Origin: an uncultured bacterium
GTDB taxonomy: Bacteria; Patescibacteriota; Patescibacteriia; Magasanikbacterales; GWA2-37-8
Direction of reading: 5' to 3'
Assembly: GCA_937903605.1 (NCBI GenBank)
Contig: CALCZC010000025.1
Location: 3,275 to 67,274 of the forward strand
Length of the DNA stretch: 64,000 nt
Position numbers and translations under genes: made by a program
Notes under the pieces: generated by a model
Database searches by the model: none
What the model saw: only the letters and a program-made list of their open reading frames with translations
What the model was told of the DNA's origin: nothing
Shown: positions 58,098 through 64,000 of the stretch, one piece after another
How the letters are laid out: each line of letters starts with the position of its first letter
Position numbering within the stretch: position 1 is the stretch's first letter

Positions 58098-59474
58098 ATG
58101 AAAGTTTCTTTTCACGGCGCAGCGGGGGAGGTTACCGGTTCTTGCACCATGCTTGAAACCCAGGGACAAAAAATTTTGATAGACTGCGGTCTTTTCCAGG
58201 GTAGTGATTTTGCAGATGGTAAAAATTTTGAAGATTTTTCTTTTGATCCCAAAGAGATCAGCGCGGTGATTTTAACTCACACCCACCTTGATCATATCGG
58301 CCGATTACCCAAACTGATTAAAAACGGTTTTACCGGCCTTATTTATGCTACTCCGCCAACTGCGGATTTAGTTGGTTTAGTTTTAGAAGATGCTTATGAA
58401 ATCATGGAATATAACCACAAAAAGTTTGGTGCACCGCTTTTGTACGCTTTGGAGGATGTAAATGCCGTGACTGCTAGGATGAAAACATATCACTACGAAA
58501 ACAGTTTTAACCTGGGACGAGGTGGATTGTTTAATAAAAATAAGATCATCGTCACTTTCCATGAAGCTGGACATATTTTTGGTTCAGCGTTTGTAGAAAT
58601 AAAATCAGAAGGCAAAAAGCTGATTTTTTCCGGCGATATTGGTAATGTAAGTGTGCCGATTTTGAAAGATACGGCAGATTTGCCCGAGGATGTTGACTTT
58701 TTACTTTGTGAATCTACTTACGGCAATAGGTTACACCCAGCCGGTTTGGATAGAAAAATCGTTATTGAAAATAAGATTAAAGAAGCGATGAGTCGGGGCG
58801 GCACGCTTATGATCCCGGCTTTTTCCATTGAACGTACCCAAGAATTGCTTTATATTTTGAACAAACTGATTGACGTACAAAATAAATTTAAAAATATTCC
58901 TATATTTTTGGATAGTCCTTTGGCTATTCGCGCTACCAGAGTTTTTGAACATTATACGCAATATTATGACGAAGAGGCGGCTAAATATCTGAAAGCTGAT
59001 GAAAATATTTTTCATTTTTCCAACCTAACTATTTGTGAAAGTCGGGAAGATTCCAAAAAAATCAATGCCGTGCCCGGGAGTAAAATTATTATCGCCGGCG
59101 CCGGGATGATGAATGGTGGTCGTATTTTGCATCACGCGTTGCGTTATTTGACCGATGAACGCAGTACATTGATGTTTGTAGGTTTTCAGGCGCCGGGAAC
59201 TTTGGGTAGAAAAATTTTGATGGGCGAATCACCGGTTAAAATATTGGGCGAGAGATTACCGGTAAAGTGTAGATTGGACCATATTGATGTGTTGTCGGCT
59301 CACGCTGATCAAAAAAGACTTATTCATTGGATAGGGAGCGCTCGCACTTGGCCGAAAAAAATATTTTTAAATCACGGTGAGACCGAAGTAACCACCGCTT
59401 TTGCGCAGAAAATAAATGATGAATTTGGTATAGAGCCGGTTTTGGCCGCTCCATATACGGAGTATGAAATATAG
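58098..59474 (+). CDS. MBL-fold beta-CASP ribonuclease (YSH1/Cft2-like)
   Basis: GAAGEVTGS, THTHLDHIG, AGHIFGS, ESTYG, GMMNGGRILHH, SAHAD, HGE. Confidence 0.92.
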   Translation: MKVSFHGAAGEVTGSCTMLETQGQKILIDCGLFQGSDFADGKNFEDFSFDPKEISAVILTHTHLDHIGRLPKLIKNGFTGLIYATPPTADLVGLVLEDAYEIMEYNHKKFGAPLLYALEDVNAVTARMKTYHYENSFNLGRGGLFNKNKIIVTFHEAGHIFGSAFVEIKSEGKKLIFSGDIGNVSVPILKDTADLPEDVDFLLCESTYGNRLHPAGLDRKIVIENKIKEAMSRGGTLMIPAFSIERTQELLYILNKLIDVQNKFKNIPIFLDSPLAIRATRVFEHYTQYYDEEAAKYLKADENIFHFSNLTICESREDSKKINAVPGSKIIIAGAGMMNGGRILHHALRYLTDERSTLMFVGFQAPGTLGRKILMGESPVKILGERLPVKCRLDHIDVLSAHADQKRLIHWIGSARTWPKKIFLNHGETEVTTAFAQKINDEFGIEPVLAAPYTEYEI

Positions 59475-59551
59475 TAAGTAAATTAGTAATAAATACTTAG
59501 CTTTAGTAGGGAATCACGCTGAGCGTGACTAATCCGACGCTGAGCGTCGGG

Positions 59552-59604
59552 TTGACAAAATAGGGAACTTTTGCTTAAATCAAGGTAGAAGTTCTTTTTA
59601 TTTT
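59552..59604 (+). promoter_or_regulatory. sigma70 promoter plus weak boxA-like element for the ankyrin gene
   Basis: TTGACA-17 nt-TTAAAT with extended TG; AGTTCTTTTTA at 59590; SD AAGGAGGT. Confidence 0.65.
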
Positions 59605-59626
59605 ACTTCTTTAGAAGGAGGTTATT

Positions 59627-60256
59627 ATGGCTTTAACAAAGCATGTAGTCGATTTTGTTCTGAAACATCTGGAACAAAGAAATTATTTGGTAAAATTTCT
59701 GTCTCCGCTTATCAAGGACTCAGTCATTTTGCCGGAAGAAGAAAACGATGACGGGACTAGCTTCTTTGCAGCTTTTGTATCAATCGGAAATCTCGTTTTT
59801 TTGACAGAAGCCTATTCCAAGCTCAATCCTGTTAAGCGCAAAGACGTGCTTAACAAAGTGGACAGAACCGGAGCGTCAGTGCTCGACAGGGCCTATCTCT
59901 TGTCGGTTGATGAAGCCGATCGGGAGAAAATCATCCAGTTTCTGCAAAGCCAGGGTGCGGAAATTATCGGGTACAAAGCTCTGAACCATTTTATCGAAAG
60001 AGGAAATCTCGCAATAGTGGAAACACTCTGTCGACATTGTACGGACTTTTCTGCTTGTAATAAGTCGGGCAAAACCCTTTTGATGTTGGCGGCAAAAACC
60101 GGACAGATGGAAATCGTTCGTTATTTGGTGGAAGAGTTAGCTGTTAATCCGAGAGAAAAGAACAAAGAAGGAGAGACAGCTGTTGATTTTGCTCAAACTA
60201 TGGAACACAAGGAAGTATACGAATATCTGAAGAAGAAAATTTCAGATACCCTCTGA
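59627..60256 (+). CDS. Ankyrin repeat protein
   Basis: GKTLLMLAAKTGQMEIVRYLVE, NKEGETAVDFA, GNLAIVETL. Confidence 0.88.
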   Translation: MALTKHVVDFVLKHLEQRNYLVKFLSPLIKDSVILPEEENDDGTSFFAAFVSIGNLVFLTEAYSKLNPVKRKDVLNKVDRTGASVLDRAYLLSVDEADREKIIQFLQSQGAEIIGYKALNHFIERGNLAIVETLCRHCTDFSACNKSGKTLLMLAAKTGQMEIVRYLVEELAVNPREKNKEGETAVDFAQTMEHKEVYEYLKKKISDTL

Positions 60257-60263
60257 AAGGGTC

Positions 60264-60291
60264 AAGGATCGCCATCAAGCGGTCCTTTTTT
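60264..60291 (+). terminator. Intrinsic terminator
   Basis: AAGGATCGC-CATCAA-GCGGTCCTT followed by a T run. Confidence 0.75.
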
Positions 60292-60374
60292 ATTTTTTAA
60301 TATTTAATAATTTTAAATATTAAATCTTATAGGTATATTTAAGTCGGTAAATAAGTTTAAGTGGGGGGAATAAG

Positions 60375-60383
60375 TTATCCACA
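60375..60383 (+). promoter_or_regulatory. DnaA box
   Basis: Perfect TTATCCACA in the intergenic region upstream of mraZ. Confidence 0.5.
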
Positions 60384-60454
60384 AGCAGTTGTTTATCTTA
60401 ATTTTTTTATCTAAAATTAGCCAAAATATAGGCTGATTTTTTGTTTCCAATCAT

Positions 60455-60505
60455 TTGACGTTATTTTTAAAGTGGTGTAAAATGGAAACAAGTGGGGAAA
60501 AGTGG
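60455..60505 (+). promoter_or_regulatory. mraZ promoter with MraZ-binding repeats
   Basis: TTGACG-17 nt-TAAAAT overlapped by AGTGG/AATGG/AGTGG/AGTGG at exact 10-bp spacing (60471, 60481, 60491, 60501). Confidence 0.8.
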
Positions 60506-60548
60506 AAAATTGAAAAAACATGCTTGTCTTTTTCAATAACATTTTTTT

Positions 60549-60980
60549 ATGTTTATCGGTGAATATTCTCATAATTTAGATGATAAGTTTCGCTTGGCCA
60601 TTCCGGTCAAATTTCGACGCGAACTTGAGGAGGGGGCGGTTATTACCAAAGGTTTGGATAACTGTTTGTTTTTGTATACCAAAAACGAATGGAACAAACT
60701 GGCGGAAAAATTGGCAACATTACCATTTTCTCAAGCCAATAGCCGCGCGTTCGCTCGACATATGTTATCCGGAGCTGTTGAAGCGGAAATAGATAAACAA
60801 GGTCGTGTTGTTATCCCTGAATACTTGAGAAGTTTCGCCGGCTTGAAAAAAAGTTTGATTATTGCCGGCTTATATAGTCGAGTGGAAATCTGGGATGCAG
60901 AGTCTTGGAATGTTTATAAAACCAAAACTGAAAAAGATAGTAATGAGATTGCTGAAAACATCAGCGATCTAGGAGTTTAA
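60549..60980 (+). CDS. mraZ: Division/cell-wall cluster regulator MraZ
   Basis: MFIGEYSHNLDDKFRLAIP, GLDNCL, IDKQGRVVIP, RVEIW. Confidence 0.97.
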   Translation: MFIGEYSHNLDDKFRLAIPVKFRRELEEGAVITKGLDNCLFLYTKNEWNKLAEKLATLPFSQANSRAFARHMLSGAVEAEIDKQGRVVIPEYLRSFAGLKKSLIIAGLYSRVEIWDAESWNVYKTKTEKDSNEIAENISDLGV

Positions 60981-60981
60981 T

Positions 60982-61905
60982 ATGAGACATATTCCTGTTC
61001 TTTTAAATGAAGTGCTTGAAGGTTTGAACTTAAAAAAAGGTGCCAAAGTTATTGACTGTACATTGGGTGATGGTGGGCACAGCGAAGCTATCATGGAGGT
61101 TATCGGTCCGCGTGGAAAATTGCTCGGACTTGATGCTGATCCGGAATCATTACTTCGTGCCAAAAGATTTTTGTATCGCTTTGAAGATCAAATAGTTTTT
61201 ATCAGAGAAAATTTCGCCAACTTGAAAAAAACGGCGACAGAAAATGATTTTTTGCAAGTTGATGGAATTTTGTTTGATCTGGGTTGGAGTAGTCCGCAGT
61301 TTGCGGAGCGCAGTCGCGGTTTTAGTTTTGAAAAAGATGAACCGCTCAATATGCGCTATGACAATAAATGCAAGGTCTTTGGTCAAGATAATTGTATAGA
61401 TGCTGCTCATATTATCAATAACTATAGTCTAGAAGATTTGATTTGGATTTTTAAAAATTACGGAGAAGAAGATCTCAGTATAGAAATAGCCAAAGCCATA
61501 GTAGAAGAAAGAAAAAAAAGACAGATCAAAACCACCGGAGATTTGACAGAAGTGATTTTGCAAGTTTATCGACAAAAATTACGTACGGAAAAAGAAATAC
61601 CTTGGGTAGGCGGCCTTCATCCGGCCACCAAAATATTTCAAGCTTTACGTATTGCTGCAAACAATGAATTGGAGATTTTGAAAAATGTATTACCGGAAGC
61701 TTTTGAAATATTAAATAAAGGCGGTAGGTTGGCGGTTATCAGCTTTCATTCGCTAGAAGATAGAATAGTCAAACAGTTTTATCAAAGTCTGCCTTATGCT
61801 ACAGCAAAAATTATTACCAAAAAACCCGTTGTTGCCAGCGAGGAAGAGATAAAAAATAATCCTCGAGCGCGCAGTGCTAAATTGCGGGTTATTGAAAAAA
61901 TATGA
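60982..61905 (+). CDS. rsmH: 16S rRNA m4C1402 methyltransferase RsmH
   Basis: HIPVLLNE, DCTLGDGGHS, ISFHSLEDRIVK, NPRARSAKLR. Confidence 0.97.
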   Translation: MRHIPVLLNEVLEGLNLKKGAKVIDCTLGDGGHSEAIMEVIGPRGKLLGLDADPESLLRAKRFLYRFEDQIVFIRENFANLKKTATENDFLQVDGILFDLGWSSPQFAERSRGFSFEKDEPLNMRYDNKCKVFGQDNCIDAAHIINNYSLEDLIWIFKNYGEEDLSIEIAKAIVEERKKRQIKTTGDLTEVILQVYRQKLRTEKEIPWVGGLHPATKIFQALRIAANNELEILKNVLPEAFEILNKGGRLAVISFHSLEDRIVKQFYQSLPYATAKIITKKPVVASEEEIKNNPRARSAKLRVIEKI

Positions 61906-62285
61906 TTAGATATATTATAAATTTAAAAAATAGAATTAATTATTTTTTTAGCGAAGTTCATGAATCAACCATGTTTTTTTTGCGAATGCCAGGCTGGTTA
62001 TTTGGAACACGTTGCCGTTGGTGTTTGGTCGGGGTGAATATTTTTTTGATAATCGCTTTTGTTTTACAGATAGCCGCCGCTTCCGGTACCGGTTATGAAT
62101 TAAAAAGGTTAGAAATAGCAATTAACGACATTAATAAAGAACAACAAAAACTAGATGCCGAAATTGCTGTTGTTAGTTCACTGGCCACTTTGAAAGGTAA
62201 GGTCGATAGTCTAGTCATGGTAAATGCTCCACGTCTAAAACATGTAGATATTCCGGCAACTATCGTGGCTATAAATCCGCGCTAA
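61902..62285 (+). CDS. FtsL-like cell division protein (start uncertain)
   Basis: Position after rsmH; TM followed by GYEL..LE coiled coil. Confidence 0.6.
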   Translation: MIRYIINLKNRINYFFSEVHESTMFFLRMPGWLFGTRCRWCLVGVNIFLIIAFVLQIAAASGTGYELKRLEIAINDINKEQQKLDAEIAVVSSLATLKGKVDSLVMVNAPRLKHVDIPATIVAINPR

Positions 62286-62302
62286 TTCTTCTTTTTTAAC
62301 CG

Positions 62303-62329
62303 ATCGCCAAATATGTTTGGCGATTTTTT
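62303..62329 (+). terminator. Intrinsic terminator
   Basis: ATCGCCAAA-TATG-TTTGGCGAT followed by a T run. Confidence 0.8.
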
Positions 62330-62387
62330 GTTTTTTGTGGTAAAATATAAGTTGATAGAATATTTACATTTAGCTATTTTTTAAGAT

Positions 62388-62741
62388 ATGTTTCTTTTGG
62401 TTTTACCCAGATTATTGACCGAAGCTTTTTTGGATTTATTATATTTTCCACTCTGGTGGTACACGGGCGGGGCTTATAGAGCCGGAGCCTGGTGTTTTGA
62501 TTTAGCGCTTTCCGGTAACGATCATTTTGCTCCCGGTTTATGGTTGAAAAATATTTTTGTGCCAATGTATGGACAATATGATTTTGAAGGCAGGCTCATC
62601 AGTTTTTTTATGCGCTTGTTTCAGTTTATTGTCAGATCCTTGGCTCTGTTTATATGGTCGATCATTTGTCTGTGTTTATTTTTATGTTGGTTGGCTTTAC
62701 CGATTATAACGATATACGGTTTTTGGGGGATTAAAAATTAA
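62388..62741 (+). CDS. Small membrane protein
   Basis: YFPLWWY..G...WLKNIFVPMYGQYD..GRLISFFMR; stop 3 nt before the next ATG. Confidence 0.75.
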   Translation: MFLLVLPRLLTEAFLDLLYFPLWWYTGGAYRAGAWCFDLALSGNDHFAPGLWLKNIFVPMYGQYDFEGRLISFFMRLFQFIVRSLALFIWSIICLCLFLCWLALPIITIYGFWGIKN

Positions 62742-62744
62742 TTT

Positions 62745-64000
62745 ATGGATTTTAAAAAAATAAAATCTTTACCGCTTTTATATTGCGAAGATTGCAAACA
62801 AACCGGCGTCAAAAATAAACGTCGTTGTTCTCACTGTAGAGGAACCAGTGTTGTTTTTAAACCACGTCACAAATTGCTTTATTGGAAATTTCCGCTTACT
62901 TATTATCATCTGGCTTTGTTGCAAGCTCGTTTATGGTGGAATCGCGGTCGACGTATTTTTTTGATTTTGTTATTTTTGAATTTTTGGATTTGGGCCGGAC
63001 TTTCTATATATAAACAAGGATTTTTTACGAGTTTGTTACGTGGTCCGGATTATTTTAATCTTTTTTTATCGCAACTATCTTCTCTGCAAAAAACACTTTT
63101 CTGGGCCGGGTTTTTAACATTACTTTATCTGTGGTCGCGGATTATCCGAGAAAGAAAACACTACAAGGAAGTGGAAAAACATGATTATCGCGACGAAGAA
63201 AACATCATACCAGAAGACGCTTTTTTTACTTGGGAAGAACTTTTGAAAACATCCCGCCGACAACGTTTGAATATTGAAAAATCTTTTACTGATGAAGCCG
63301 TGTGGTCAATAGTCAAAACATTCAAAGAAGCTCGCGAACTCGGTCATAGTGAAGTTACGCCGTTACATCTTTTTTATACACTTCTTTCATCCAATCGCAT
63401 CGCCAACGTTTTTATCCGTCTAGGCTATCCAACGGATTTTTTGCGTAAAAAAGTTGAAAGTGAATTGTTGTTCAAAAACAATAATACAGGAATTTTTCCA
63501 TTACCCGATAGAGATTTCTTTCAAATTTTATTTTTGGCCTATGAAGAGGCTTACAACAATCATCAAGAATATGTCAGTGTAGTAGAACTTCTTTTTGGTG
63601 CCATATTTTTTACCCCGAGAATTCAGGAATTTTTATTTGATCTTGGTCTAGAAGCACCAAAAGTAAAAAATGTTATTATGTGGGCGCGTATTCGAGAAAG
63701 ACTTTATCGTCAATATGTGAGTTACGCTCGAGTCGGCGCCACTAAATCAAAACACGGTTTAGACAGAGCAATGACCGCGATAGCGACACCATACTTAAAT
63801 AATTTTAGCGAGGATATGACGATGATGGCTCGTTATAACCATTACGACCCTTGCTTAGCGCGAGATAAAGAAATAGAAAATATGTTTCGAGTTGTTGAGG
63901 GTGGTGTAGGAAATATGATTTTAGTCGGTGAAAATGGAACTGGTAAAATGAGTATTTTGGAAGGAGTAGCCCAAAAGATGTCGGGAGACGATGTGCCAAA
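62745..64000 (+). CDS. ClpA/B/C-family AAA+ ATPase with N-terminal Zn-finger and TM segments (runs off the window; not in ORF track)
   Basis: Manual translation: CEDC...CSHCRG, hydrophobic helices, Clp-N-like ELGHSEVTPLHLFYTLL, DPCLARDKEI, Walker A ILVGENGTGKMS. Confidence 0.85.
   Translation, partial: MDFKKIKSLPLLYCEDCKQTGVKNKRRCSHCRGTSVVFKPRHKLLYWKFPLTYYHLALLQARLWWNRGRRIFLILLFLNFWIWAGLSIYKQGFFTSLLRGPDYFNLFLSQLSSLQKTLFWAGFLTLLYLWSRIIRERKHYKEVEKHDYRDEENIIPEDAFFTWEELLKTSRRQRLNIEKSFTDEAVWSIVKTFKEARELGHSEVTPLHLFYTLLSSNRIANVFIRLGYPTDFLRKKVESELLFKNNNTGIFPLPDRDFFQILFLAYEEAYNNHQEYVSVVELLFGAIFFTPRIQEFLFDLGLEAPKVKNVIMWARIRERLYRQYVSYARVGATKSKHGLDRAMTAIATPYLNNFSEDMTMMARYNHYDPCLARDKEIENMFRVVEGGVGNMILVGENGTGKMSILEGVAQKMSGDDVP

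Noticed and set aside
63805-63999. Minus-strand 64-aa ORF, and 62374-62565
   Set aside because: Antisense to the Clp ATPase and to the upstream membrane-protein gene, respectively.
1-64000. Alternative genetic code (UGA=Gly, as in Gracilibacteria/Absconditabacteria)
   Set aside because: Conserved genes are full length under code 11, and several end at TGA (e.g. murB at 36127).

Overview
AT-rich bacterial chromosome window using genetic code 11 (TGA is a stop). Gene content and style point to Patescibacteria/CPR, probably Parcubacteria/ABY1-like; this is an inference. Core genes: infC, tmRNA, smpB, murB, hpf, transketolase, rlmN, recJ, lepA, murJ, mraZ-rsmH-ftsL-like, a Clp-type ATPase and two surface-glycan clusters. 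Two things stand out. (1) A second class of genes (10.1-21.5 kb array, plus singletons at 42.1 and 59.6 kb) is visibly GC-richer than the core. These genes are built as self-contained cassettes: consensus sigma70 promoter, boxA-like element, strong GGAG(G) Shine-Dalgarno, CDS, intrinsic terminator. Core genes almost never show an SD. The cargo is four paralogous Cys/Asp-rich lipoproteins, an outer-membrane-type beta-barrel protein and an ankyrin protein, so the genes look tuned for, or derived from, a diderm host. (2) A cell-wall cluster at 27.8-36.1 kb combines an unannotated LysW-like carrier protein ending in DEGK, a PLP enzyme, an ATP-grasp ligase, an ATE/Bpt-like tRNA-dependent transferase, an Mpl/MurC-like ligase, an MraY and an NlpC/P60-like protein, suggesting an undescribed peptidoglycan-peptide pathway. 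No integrase, transposase, CRISPR, rRNA or tRNA was seen. All calls are by eye, without database searches.
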